A stretch of DNA of 64,000 nt from Candidatus Multivoradales bacterium (GTDB lineage Bacteria > Acidobacteriota > Thermoanaerobaculia > Multivoradales > Multivoraceae), in NCBI GenBank assembly GCA_965223325.1, contig CBDCWI010000002.1:632881-696880 (forward strand), written 5' to 3'. Position numbers and translations under genes: made by a program. The notes beneath the pieces are model-generated. The model saw only the letters and a program-made list of their open reading frames with translations. It did no database searches and was not told the DNA's origin. Of the stretch, positions 38,154 to 47,250 are shown in pieces (within the stretch, counting starts at the first letter, position 1; each line of letters begins with the position of its first letter).

Positions 38154-39158
38154 ATGAACACCCCGCGCGTCGTCCTCGCCGTTTTCGTTTTGCTACCCGC
38201 CCTCGCCTGCTCTCCGGAGGTGCCGGACTCCCCATCCACCACATGGCCCGAGGGCTACGAGGCGGCATGGCAGCAGTGGCGGTCGGATCGGGTTGCCGGA
38301 CTCACGGCGCGCGACGGCTGGCTCAACCTCGTCGGCCTACATTGGCTCGACTTCGGTGAGAGCACCCCGCAAGAGGGAGCCACCTGGAGCTTCGGCTATG
38401 GGCCGGACAACCAGGTGGTGTTCGAAGACCGACCCTCGGCTGACGGTGCTCCTCCGGTCCTGGGGACGCTCGAGATTCGTCTCCCGGATCACTTCCTGCT
38501 GACCTCCGCCGAGGAAGCCGGGCTCGCGATCGACGGTCAGCCGGCGGCGCCGGGGAAGCCGATCAGCCTCACCCGCATCGAGCCCGCCGAGGACCAGGCG
38601 CCGCTTGCCGAAGTCACCCGCGGGCCGATTGCCATCACCCTGATCAGTCGCGGTGGAAACTGGGCGCTGCGGGTTCGTGATCGCTCGATCGACAGCGCGG
38701 CCCTCCTCGAAGGCGGGATCGAAACCTGGGAACCACAACCTCGCTTCCTCATCGCCGCGCGCTTCGAGCCCTTCGACGAGGTGCGCCTGGCCGAAGTGCC
38801 CAATGTCACCCCCTTTGCCTACGGCGCCGAAGCCCTCGGTGAGGTCCTCTTGCCGCTCGCCGATGACCATGGCGTGGTGACCGAGCATCGCATTCTGGCG
38901 CTCGGAACCGACCGCAGCGAACCGCTCTTTCTCATCATCGCCGACCAGACCAACGGTAGGAACAGCTACGGCGGCGGTCGCTACCTCTATGCCGGACCGC
39001 CCGATAAAGACAACCGACTGACCGTCGATCTCAATCGGCTCTACAACCCCCCCTGCGCCTTCACCGGCTGGGCCACTTGTCCTCTCCCGCCGAGACAGAA
39101 CCGGCTGGAGGTAGCGATCGAGGCTGGCGAGAAAAGCTGGGACCATCACCTCGAGTAG
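38154..39158 (+). CDS. DUF1684-domain lipoprotein
   Basis: Lipobox (LPALACS). The C-terminal GGGRYLY...NRLYNPPCAF...ATCPLPPRQNRL...AGEK pattern is typical of DUF1684. Confidence 0.65.
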   Translation: MNTPRVVLAVFVLLPALACSPEVPDSPSTTWPEGYEAAWQQWRSDRVAGLTARDGWLNLVGLHWLDFGESTPQEGATWSFGYGPDNQVVFEDRPSADGAPPVLGTLEIRLPDHFLLTSAEEAGLAIDGQPAAPGKPISLTRIEPAEDQAPLAEVTRGPIAITLISRGGNWALRVRDRSIDSAALLEGGIETWEPQPRFLIAARFEPFDEVRLAEVPNVTPFAYGAEALGEVLLPLADDHGVVTEHRILALGTDRSEPLFLIIADQTNGRNSYGGGRYLYAGPPDKDNRLTVDLNRLYNPPCAFTGWATCPLPPRQNRLEVAIEAGEKSWDHHLE

Positions 39159-39164
39159 CAGGCG

Positions 39165-39632
39165 TTGAGCCCCGACAGCCTGGTCGAACTCGGCCTGCTC
39201 GGTCTTTTCGTCGCCGCCTTCCTCGCCGGATCGATCCTGCCCTTCGCCTCCGAAGCTGTTCTCACCGGGCTCCTGCTGGTGGGCGTTGGGGCCCCGTCGG
39301 CGGTGAGCACCGCCACCGCAGGGAACGTTCTCGGAGCGCTCACCGTGTACGCCATCGGCCGCTACGCGGGCGGCGGCGCACTCAGGCGGCGCTTCATGAG
39401 ACGCCTCGGCGCGAACGACCCGAAACGCGCCGCGGCGGCCGACGAGAGGATCGCACGCTGGGGACCACTGGTCCTTCTCTTCTCCTGGGTGCCGGTTCTC
39501 GGCGACGCGCTGGTCCTGGCAGCAGGCCTGGCAAAGCTCGACGCACGGCGAGTTCTTCTGTTTGTGGCGCTCGGTAAAGGAGCCCGCTACTGCTTTGTCG
39601 CCTGGGCGGTCTCGAAAGCCGCCGGCGGCTGA
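39165..39632 (+). CDS. DedA/YqaA-family membrane protein
   Basis: A small four-TM protein resembling the YqaA/SNARE-associated family. Confidence 0.6.
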   Translation: MSPDSLVELGLLGLFVAAFLAGSILPFASEAVLTGLLLVGVGAPSAVSTATAGNVLGALTVYAIGRYAGGGALRRRFMRRLGANDPKRAAAADERIARWGPLVLLFSWVPVLGDALVLAAGLAKLDARRVLLFVALGKGARYCFVAWAVSKAAGG

Positions 39633-40753
39633 GCGCGGTCGCCGCGATCGCCGATGGGAACCAGCCAACCACCGCCAGGCCGAAGAGCAACTCGAACCCG
39701 GTCACCGATCGCTGGTGCCTCGATGTCACCCAGCCCCCTCACCCTGAGCGTCGTGCCCTCGTCGAGCGCCACCACGTCGATTCGGTCGTGCCCATAGAAG
39801 CGACACCCGGTGACCACACCGGCCGGGCCATCGAGTCGATGAGGCGAGTCCTCACGGTGGAGTTCGATCTCTTCCGGCCGCACCACCAACATCACTTGGT
39901 CGCCGCGACGTAGACCACCCTCGTCACCAGGCCGCCCCACCTCGCCGAGCAGCGAGCTGAGCCGCGTCCCGCGCGCGGCCACCGGAAGGAGCTGGCCGTC
40001 GCCAACAAAGCGCGCCACCCAGGCCGAGGCGGGTTGCCGGTAGATATCTTGCGGATGACCGACCTGCAGCACCTCGCCGCCGTCCATGACCACCACCCAG
40101 TCTGCGACCGAGAGCGCTTCTTCCTGGTCATGGGTCACCAGAATCGTGGTCGTACCATAAGAGCGCAGGGTCTCGAGCACCTCGTCACGAACGGTGGCCC
40201 GCGAGGCGGCATCGAGGTTGGCGAACGGCTCATCCAGGAGCACCAGGTCGGGACGCGGTGCCAGCGCACGCGCCACCGCAACGCGCTGCCGCTGGCCGCT
40301 CGAAAGCTCGCCCGGGTACCGCTCCCTGAGCTCGGCCAGGCCGAGACGATCGAGAAGCTCCTCGACGCGGGCCGAGCAATCGCGTCTGGGAAGCCCGTAA
40401 GCGACGTTCTTGGCTACCACCAGGTGCGGAAAGAGAGCACCTTCCTGGAAGACCATGCCGACCCGGCGCTGCTCGGGCAGAACGAACCGCGAGGCGTCAA
40501 CCAGCACGCGACCGCCGAGCGCGATACTGCCGGTGGCCGGACGCTCGAAGCCGGCGATCGCTCGCAGGACGGTCGTCTTGCCACAGCCACTCGGCCCGAG
40601 GATCGCGGTGACCAGGCCCGCCGGTGCCACAAAGGAGACATCGCGCACCGCCACGACGTCGCCGTAGTGCAGGCGAAGGTTGGTCGCCCGGAGCTCTGGC
40701 GCTCGCTTCAAGACCGAACGCCCCCTTCTGGAAGGCACCACTCGAGAGAACAC
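39587..40753 (-). CDS. ABC transporter ATP-binding protein with a C-terminal TOBE-like domain (PotA/FbpC-like)
   Basis: Walker A GPSGCGKTT, signature LSGGQRQRVAVARAL and Walker B LLLDEPF. No permease or binding-protein gene is adjacent. Confidence 0.85.
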   Translation of the reverse strand: MFSRVVPSRRGRSVLKRAPELRATNLRLHYGDVVAVRDVSFVAPAGLVTAILGPSGCGKTTVLRAIAGFERPATGSIALGGRVLVDASRFVLPEQRRVGMVFQEGALFPHLVVAKNVAYGLPRRDCSARVEELLDRLGLAELRERYPGELSSGQRQRVAVARALAPRPDLVLLDEPFANLDAASRATVRDEVLETLRSYGTTTILVTHDQEEALSVADWVVVMDGGEVLQVGHPQDIYRQPASAWVARFVGDGQLLPVAARGTRLSSLLGEVGRPGDEGGLRRGDQVMLVVRPEEIELHREDSPHRLDGPAGVVTGCRFYGHDRIDVVALDEGTTLRVRGLGDIEAPAIGDRVRVALRPGGGWLVPIGDRGDRAQPPAAFETAQATKQ

Positions 40754-41011
40754 CTCACACGGAGGGATCGTCGACGGACGGGGGGAAGAATCCTGCGGCG
40801 AAAAGGCATGGAGTGGCTCCGGAGAATCGCCTGATGGAGGTGTCCATCAAGGACCATTCTGGTACGGATAGTTCTTGGATTGTGGGGTTCCCCGCTTCAG
40901 GTTGTCAACAAACCGAACCCGCGTACTTGCCGCAAGGCCCGGGATCCACGGCCTGACGCTACCGGGGCCCCGGGCTAGAGGCCCCCTGGTTGCCCGCTAA
41001 CATCCACTCCC

Positions 41012-43117
41012 ATGCCTCGCTCTCGGTTCCTCCACGTGACCCTCAACGCGATCCTGGCGATCAGTCTCCTCAGCTGTCGGCCGGAGCCGTCATCTCTTGC
41101 CAGCGCCAGCGAAGGGAACGGCTCAGACGAGGGTCGACCGGACATCCTGCTCGTGACCCTGGACACCACGCGCGCCGATGCCATGGACTGGGAATCGGGC
41201 GGCACCGCGACTCCCAACCTGGCGGCGCTCGCCGAGCGAGGAGTGCGCTTCGCCCACGCCTACACCACGGTGCCTACGACGCTTCCCGCCCACACCTCTC
41301 TCTTGAGCGGCCAGTATCCGGCCGAGCATGGAGTCCACGAGAACGCGCGCACACTCGACCCGGCGACGCCGCTGGTCACAGCAGAGCTCAGCGCCTCCGG
41401 ATACGAGACAGCGGCGTTCGTCAGCGCCGCGCCACTGGCGGCACGATTTGGCCTGGCGCGTGGTTTCGCGCTCTACGATGACGACTTCCCCACCGGCCAA
41501 GCCGAACGCTCGGCCACCCAGACGACAAAGCGCGCAGAGCACTTCCTGACGGCAGCCGATTCCACGGAGCCGATCTTCCTGTGGGTGCACTACTTCGATC
41601 CCCACGACCCCTACCAGCCGCCCGAGCCTTTCGCCTCGCGTTTCCGAGACCGTCCGTACCTGGGCGAAGTGGCCGCCATGGACGATGCCTTCGGCTCCCT
41701 TCTTGCGACGTTCGAGCAAGTCGCCAAGAGGCGTGGGAGGAGTCACCAGGTGCTGGTGGTCGGCGATCACGGTGAAGGGCTTGGCGACCATGGCGAGGTC
41801 CGGCACGGCAACCTGCTCTACCAGGGCACGATCCGGGTTCCGCTGGTGATCGCCGGCGAAGGCGTCACCGTTTCAGTACGCAAAGACGAGGTCAGCACAC
41901 GACGGGTCTACGACACCATCCGGGCCTGGGCCAAACTCGAGCGAATCGCCACGGAGAACTCCCTGCTCGACCCGGGAGTCGATGAAGTCGTCATCGCGGA
42001 GGCGATGAAGCCGTTTCTGCAGTACGGTTGGCAGCCCCAGGTAGCAGCCGTTGGTCCAACCTCCGCAGGCGCAACGTCGAAAGCCATCATGGCCGGCGAC
42101 TTCGAACTCTTCGACCTGACCCGTGATCCCCACGAGAGCCTCGACCTCTCCAAAGCCGGCGCGCGTCTCCCCACCACCCTGGCCGATGCCATCTCTTCCT
42201 ACCCGGTGGTCCCGCGGCTGAGACAAAGCTCGCTCGCCAACACCAACAAGCCGGCCCTCGACAACACCGAGAGGGCCGAGCTGGCGGCGCTCGGCTACGC
42301 AGATGCGACCGGCCCCTCGGTTCGGGTCGGCCTACGCGAAGACGCGCCAGCGCCGCGCGCGATGACTGGCCTCTTCGAATTGCTCGACCGCGGCTCGCTC
42401 CTTTTTGCTGCAGGTCGCTACCAGGAAGCTTCGGTGGTGTTCGAGAAGGTGCGCTCCTCGGACCCGAACAACCCGGCAGCCGTCATGCGGCTTGCCATCG
42501 CTGCCTCGAGCCTCGGTGAAACCAGAAAGGCCGATCGGCTCTTCGAGGAAGCACGCCGATTGGCACCGGACTCGCCAGATGTTCGCCACTACCACGCCAT
42601 GCACCTTCTGCGCAGCAACCGCCCGCTGCTCGCCGAACCCTTCTTCATGGCGGTGCTCGACCAAATGCCCAATCGCCTCCCGGCCCTCGAAGCCCTCAGC
42701 CGCATCCGTGAGCGCCAGGGGCGCCTCCCGGAGGCACGCGAGCTTCTCGAACGTGCCAACGCCCTGGGACTTGCGGACAAAACCACGCTCGTGCGTCTGG
42801 GAGGCCTTCGTATGATGATGGGCGACAGCCGTCCCGCGATCGACGCGCTAGAACGAGCCCGCGCTCTTCCCGGCCCCTTCCCCTCCGATCTCGAGTTGGG
42901 AGTGCTCTATCTCGCCGAGCGACAGTTTGAACAGGCGCGCCAGGCTCTCGACCGGGTCCCGCCGAATCACCCCGGCTGGCCCATGGCGGCCTTCAAGCGC
43001 GCCCAGGTCAGCGTCCTGCTCGACGAACCCGATCAGGCGGAGTACATCGAAAGGGCCCGCCAAGTCGCCGATGACACCACCCGCAAACTAATCGCCGGGG
43101 AGCGACTCTTTCAGTAG
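41012..43117 (+). CDS. Sulfatase-like hydrolase fused to a C-terminal TPR-repeat domain
   Basis: Lipoprotein-like signal. The N-terminal half is paralogous to the CDS at 7753-9213 (LLVTLDTTRADAMD, VVGDHGEGLGDHGE). The C-terminal ~280 aa has TPR-like helices. Confidence 0.75.
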   Translation: MPRSRFLHVTLNAILAISLLSCRPEPSSLASASEGNGSDEGRPDILLVTLDTTRADAMDWESGGTATPNLAALAERGVRFAHAYTTVPTTLPAHTSLLSGQYPAEHGVHENARTLDPATPLVTAELSASGYETAAFVSAAPLAARFGLARGFALYDDDFPTGQAERSATQTTKRAEHFLTAADSTEPIFLWVHYFDPHDPYQPPEPFASRFRDRPYLGEVAAMDDAFGSLLATFEQVAKRRGRSHQVLVVGDHGEGLGDHGEVRHGNLLYQGTIRVPLVIAGEGVTVSVRKDEVSTRRVYDTIRAWAKLERIATENSLLDPGVDEVVIAEAMKPFLQYGWQPQVAAVGPTSAGATSKAIMAGDFELFDLTRDPHESLDLSKAGARLPTTLADAISSYPVVPRLRQSSLANTNKPALDNTERAELAALGYADATGPSVRVGLREDAPAPRAMTGLFELLDRGSLLFAAGRYQEASVVFEKVRSSDPNNPAAVMRLAIAASSLGETRKADRLFEEARRLAPDSPDVRHYHAMHLLRSNRPLLAEPFFMAVLDQMPNRLPALEALSRIRERQGRLPEARELLERANALGLADKTTLVRLGGLRMMMGDSRPAIDALERARALPGPFPSDLELGVLYLAERQFEQARQALDRVPPNHPGWPMAAFKRAQVSVLLDEPDQAEYIERARQVADDTTRKLIAGERLFQ

Positions 43118-43130
43118 GCCTCCCTCGCCG

Positions 43131-43646
43131 TCACGCTTCGCCCCGCACCATGCGAGCGACCTGTTCGAGCAAGGCGTCGACCGCCACCCGGTGCTGCTCG
43201 ATCGGTGCAGAAGAAAGCTCTTCGGGCTCTCGCCACGACAACTCCGCCAGCTCGTCGCGTTTGGCCACCACCGCAAACCGGACCGACGGCTCACGGGACA
43301 GGTGCTCGAAGAGCAGCGCCTGCTCGAGCTCGATCAACATCTCGTGAAGACGGCGCATCACTCGGAAGACTTCGAAGATCTGCGTTCGCATTGACGGAGT
43401 GCTACGCCAGTCGCGGCCGCCGAAACTGTGCTGAGTGACCTTCTGGCCCGCACCGAAACAGTCGTAGACCACACAGCCCGAGAACCCATGGTCAGACAAA
43501 CGGTCGTGAATCGCACACCGAAACCCTTCGGTCAGATGACGACAGGGATCACCGGATGCCTTGTCGACGGCGAACTCCTCTGACTCAGAAAAGCCGGGAG
43601 CTACGCAGCACAGGCCACTGCACGCTTGGCAGTCGGCGACCAACAT
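43131..43646 (-). CDS. YkgJ-family CxxCxxCC cysteine-cluster protein (putative Zn/Fe-binding)
   Basis: CQACSGLCC motif plus further Cys residues. The start is uncertain and may overlap the crotonase stop. Confidence 0.55.
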   Translation of the reverse strand: MLVADCQACSGLCCVAPGFSESEEFAVDKASGDPCRHLTEGFRCAIHDRLSDHGFSGCVVYDCFGAGQKVTQHSFGGRDWRSTPSMRTQIFEVFRVMRRLHEMLIELEQALLFEHLSREPSVRFAVVAKRDELAELSWREPEELSSAPIEQHRVAVDALLEQVARMVRGEA

Positions 43647-43702
43647 CGAGTCGCGCTCGAGCAGTGCGGGGCGCCCGGTGTTTCTGGTCACCGCGCCGAT
43701 CT

Positions 43703-44362
43703 TCAGTCGAAGCTCGCTTCGATTGCCTCGACGTACGGGCGACGCACACCGAGCTTGTTCGCGGCGTAGGCGGCGGCATCGAGCTCCGCGAGTCGAGCGG
43801 CTTCGGTCAGGGCCTGCTCGTGAAGTTCTTCGGCCGCCACCGTTCGGTCGAGGTACCCCACCGCCCGAGCCTCTTCTGGACCGTAAAGCTCTGAACGCAC
43901 AGCCGCCGCCGGTAGATGATGCGAGGCCAGGCCGGCGCGTGCAATCTCGAGACCGAAGACCGGGAGCGCCATGCCGATCGCGGTCTCGTTGAGGCCGATC
44001 TTCCAATCACCCACCGCGCCCAGCCTGGTGTCGGATGCCAGGAGCAGAAGTGCCCCTGCCGCCAAGGCGTGCCCGGTGCAGGCCGAGACCACCGGCTGCG
44101 GATGCTTGAAGAGCCGCAGCAGCAGCCGCCCGCCGGCATCGACGAGTGCGCTCGCCTCCGCCGGCCCTTTACCGATTTCTTTGAGATCGAAGCCGGCCGA
44201 GAACACGCCTTTGCGGCCCTCGATCAGAACCGCCCTGGCCTCTCGCTCGGCTCGGTCGAGGGCCTCATGGAGGGCACCGATCAAACCATGACCGAGGGGG
44301 TTGGCCTTGCCGTCGTCCAGGCAGAGGACGGCAACCGAGTCGTTCAAGCTGAATTCCAACAT
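43703..44362 (-). CDS. Enoyl-CoA hydratase/isomerase (crotonase) family protein
   Basis: ATG at 44362 (verified). The product matches the crotonase fold (VFSAGFDLKE, ACTGHALAAGALLL). Confidence 0.75.
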   Translation of the reverse strand: MLEFSLNDSVAVLCLDDGKANPLGHGLIGALHEALDRAEREARAVLIEGRKGVFSAGFDLKEIGKGPAEASALVDAGGRLLLRLFKHPQPVVSACTGHALAAGALLLLASDTRLGAVGDWKIGLNETAIGMALPVFGLEIARAGLASHHLPAAAVRSELYGPEEARAVGYLDRTVAAEELHEQALTEAARLAELDAAAYAANKLGVRRPYVEAIEASFD

Positions 44363-44378
44363 CTGATCTGTTCCTGTT

Positions 44379-46118
44379 CTAACGTCTGTCGAAGCGTAGG
44401 CGACGAATTCGCGAACCCTCGTTGATGAACAACGCCTTGACCCGCCCCGTCCCGTCGCGCTCGAAGTGTACGACCCAGGGCACGGTGATCTGTTGTCGTA
44501 GCCGCCGCGGAAAGCGCGCATTGACGACATCCTCGAGCTCGAACGTATCGCTCCACAGCGGTGAGAGTTCCTGGGGCGGACGAAACGGTGCATCGAAGAG
44601 CAACCGGCCGCCTTCGACGGTGATCGAGTAGGAGACGTCGAGCTCGTTGCTGCTGAAGAGGCCAGTGTATTCGGTGAGCTCTGCGAGCGACGGCGTAGGC
44701 TCCTCCATGTGCACGAAGCGGCGCTCTTCTTCGAGCCCCAGGTCCATGAAACGGGCGCTCTGCCCTTCGGGTCCCGACGACGACTCGGAGAAGGCAACCT
44801 CAAAGGGCGGCCCCTCGAGCTCGAACCGGTTGTCCGCGCTTGCCCTGGCGGCGACTGCTCCGAGAACCAGGCCGTCGTCGTTGGCACCCACCCGAATCAC
44901 GCTGTGGTCGTCGAGACTTCGATACGTCCCGGCCCAACGGGTGAAGTCTGTGGCATCGCGACTCGGCTTTGTGGACCCTGGCCCCGGTGCTGACGGCGCC
45001 AGGGTCGGGGTCATTGCCGGGCCCAACACCGCATCGACCACCTGGTGCGCTAAACGCGTCGGGTTGATGTCACCGTCGTTGCACAAAAGGGCGATCGAGA
45101 GCCGGTCGTCTTCCGGGTATCGAGCAAGGTAGGCGCGGTAGCCGGCGGTGCCGCCGCTGTGGGCGACTTGGCGCATGCCCCGGTACTGGCCCATGATCAA
45201 GCCGAGCGCGTAGGCATTGACCGTACCGTTGTTGAGCCGCCCCTGGGTCTCGAGCGCCAGCGACAGGTCCTTACCGAGAACGGTTCCCAGGTCGAGTTCC
45301 GAGTTCCAGCGCTCGAGGTCACCCACCGTCGTCAACAGGCCGCCGTTGCCATGCACGTCGGTGTTCGACATGTTGGTGTGCCGCACGTCGCCAGGACCGG
45401 TTTCATAGGCAGTCGCACGACCAGCGATCACCTCAGTGAAGTCGTCTCGCCACTCGGTGTGTGACATTCCGAGCGGCTCGAAGAGTCGAGCATCGGTGAA
45501 ATCCTGGAGCGACTGGCCGGAGACCCGTTCGACGATGAGCGCCGCGAGGATGTAGCCACTGTTGCTGTACAGGTACTCCTCACCGGGCAGAAAGTTGAGG
45601 TCCTGCTGACGGGCGATGAGCGCCAGGATCTCGCTGTTGTCGTGCGCCGCCCGACCGTCGGGACGCCCCTGTAGCGCCACCAGCGCCCGAAAGGTACGCA
45701 ACCCGCTGGTGTGGTTGAGCATCTGTCGAATGGTGATCGGCACGCCGAAGTCGGGTACCTCGGGGAGGTAGGTCCGCACATCGTCGTCGAACGACAGCTT
45801 CGCGTCGGCAGCTAGGAGCACCACCGCTGCAGCGACGAACTGTTTCGACACCGAACCGGCTTCGAAAATCGTCTCGGGGGTGATCTTGCTCGGCTGCTCG
45901 AGATGTGCCATTCCGTAGCCGCGCGCGAAGACGTTCTGACCTCCGCGCGCGATCGAAACCGCGCAGCCAGGACTGTCGCTGCTGTTCCACGGAGCGAACA
46001 CGGAATCGACACGCCGCGCATCCGCTCGCGAGAGTTTCGCCGCCCCGGCGGGTAGGGCGACCAAGAGGCCTGACACCGCGAGGGTCACGAGCCCCTTCAG
46101 ATTCATCTGGATTCTCAT
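44379..46118 (-). CDS. Beta-lactamase-related serine hydrolase (class C/PBP-like), secreted
   Basis: Signal peptide, the SxxK motif (SVSKQF) and YSN, with a long C-terminal extension. Confidence 0.8.
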   Translation of the reverse strand: MRIQMNLKGLVTLAVSGLLVALPAGAAKLSRADARRVDSVFAPWNSSDSPGCAVSIARGGQNVFARGYGMAHLEQPSKITPETIFEAGSVSKQFVAAAVVLLAADAKLSFDDDVRTYLPEVPDFGVPITIRQMLNHTSGLRTFRALVALQGRPDGRAAHDNSEILALIARQQDLNFLPGEEYLYSNSGYILAALIVERVSGQSLQDFTDARLFEPLGMSHTEWRDDFTEVIAGRATAYETGPGDVRHTNMSNTDVHGNGGLLTTVGDLERWNSELDLGTVLGKDLSLALETQGRLNNGTVNAYALGLIMGQYRGMRQVAHSGGTAGYRAYLARYPEDDRLSIALLCNDGDINPTRLAHQVVDAVLGPAMTPTLAPSAPGPGSTKPSRDATDFTRWAGTYRSLDDHSVIRVGANDDGLVLGAVAARASADNRFELEGPPFEVAFSESSSGPEGQSARFMDLGLEEERRFVHMEEPTPSLAELTEYTGLFSSNELDVSYSITVEGGRLLFDAPFRPPQELSPLWSDTFELEDVVNARFPRRLRQQITVPWVVHFERDGTGRVKALFINEGSRIRRLRFDRR

Positions 46119-46120
46119 TA

Positions 46121-47113
46121 CTAGCCTTCCTCGACCGAGAACAGTTTGCCGCGCACCGCCCTACGGTACATCGACGGCGTCTGTCCCATGACCGCTCGGA
46201 AGACGGTGGCGAAGTAGGCGTTGTCGTCGTAGCCCACTTCGGCTCCAACCTGCGCAATCGAGAAGTTGGTTTTCGCCAGCAGCTCGCAGGCGAGGGCGAT
46301 GCGCAGATCGCGGTGGTAGTCGATCGGTGAAATGCCGGTGGCCTCGCGAAAGCGCCGGTGAAGCGTCCTGGGGCTGACTCCGAGCTCCAGAGCGAGGTCG
46401 CTGATACGCACCTTCTCCGCCAGGCGCTCGCTCAGCCACTGCTGCGCGTCGACGATCATTTCGTCGCGGTGGGGGTTGACCTCCCCTTCGATGAACCCCT
46501 GCGAGCGGTACGGCCGCCGGCTCTCAGGAGAAAACTGCACCGCCACGTGGCGTGCCATGCGCGGCCCGTAAAGGCGCTCGATGAAATGCGTCGTGAGATC
46601 GGCCAACGAGTTGACGCTCCCAGCACAGTAGTGATTGCCAGCGCGAGTGATCAGGTGGTCACGCTTGAGGTCGACTCGCGGGTAGCGCCGCGCAAACGCG
46701 TCGAGGTAGAACCAGTGCGTGGTCGCGGGCTTACCGTCGAGCAGACCCGCCTCGGCTGGGAAGAACGCCCCGGTGCCGGAAGAACAGATCATCGTCTGAC
46801 CGGCGGCGAGCTCTGAAAGCGCGGGCAGGACCTCGGAACACTCGCGGACCACCGGCAGGGGGTTGCGAAAGAAAGACGGGAAGAACAACAGATCGACCGC
46901 GCCGAGATCGGAGAACGCGCAATCCGCTTCAATCGACATGCGTTCGAAGGCCGGTACCGAGCGACCGTCGACGGTCGCAATCTTGATCTCGAGGTTCGAA
47001 ACCGCACGCCGACGGGCGCGGTCGAGCCCGTCGGCGGCGCGAATCATCTCCGCGGGAATCGTGATGCTGGTCATCAGGGCGCGCGGGTGAAGGAAGAAGG
47101 CAACGGTTGGCAT
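46121..47113 (-). CDS. GlxA-family (DJ-1/PfpI + AraC HTH) transcriptional regulator
   Basis: ATG at 47113 (verified). The N-terminal domain is DJ-1-like and the C-terminus carries an AraC HTH (ISDLALELGVSPRTLHRRFRE...FSIAQVGAEVGYDDNAYFATVFR). Its stop lies 2 nt before the hydrolase start. Confidence 0.8.
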   Translation of the reverse strand: MPTVAFFLHPRALMTSITIPAEMIRAADGLDRARRRAVSNLEIKIATVDGRSVPAFERMSIEADCAFSDLGAVDLLFFPSFFRNPLPVVRECSEVLPALSELAAGQTMICSSGTGAFFPAEAGLLDGKPATTHWFYLDAFARRYPRVDLKRDHLITRAGNHYCAGSVNSLADLTTHFIERLYGPRMARHVAVQFSPESRRPYRSQGFIEGEVNPHRDEMIVDAQQWLSERLAEKVRISDLALELGVSPRTLHRRFREATGISPIDYHRDLRIALACELLAKTNFSIAQVGAEVGYDDNAYFATVFRAVMGQTPSMYRRAVRGKLFSVEEG

Positions 47114-47250
47114 GGGGCGTTGGACCCTTCGTTTGCTTGGAGAGTTCGCGGTGTGGCGCAATCATTGAATAACTCGGCTCAATTTTCAAATAACACCCGC
47201 GAACGCCCGCCTAGACTGACCGCTCACAATCGCAACATCAGGTGAGAAAC

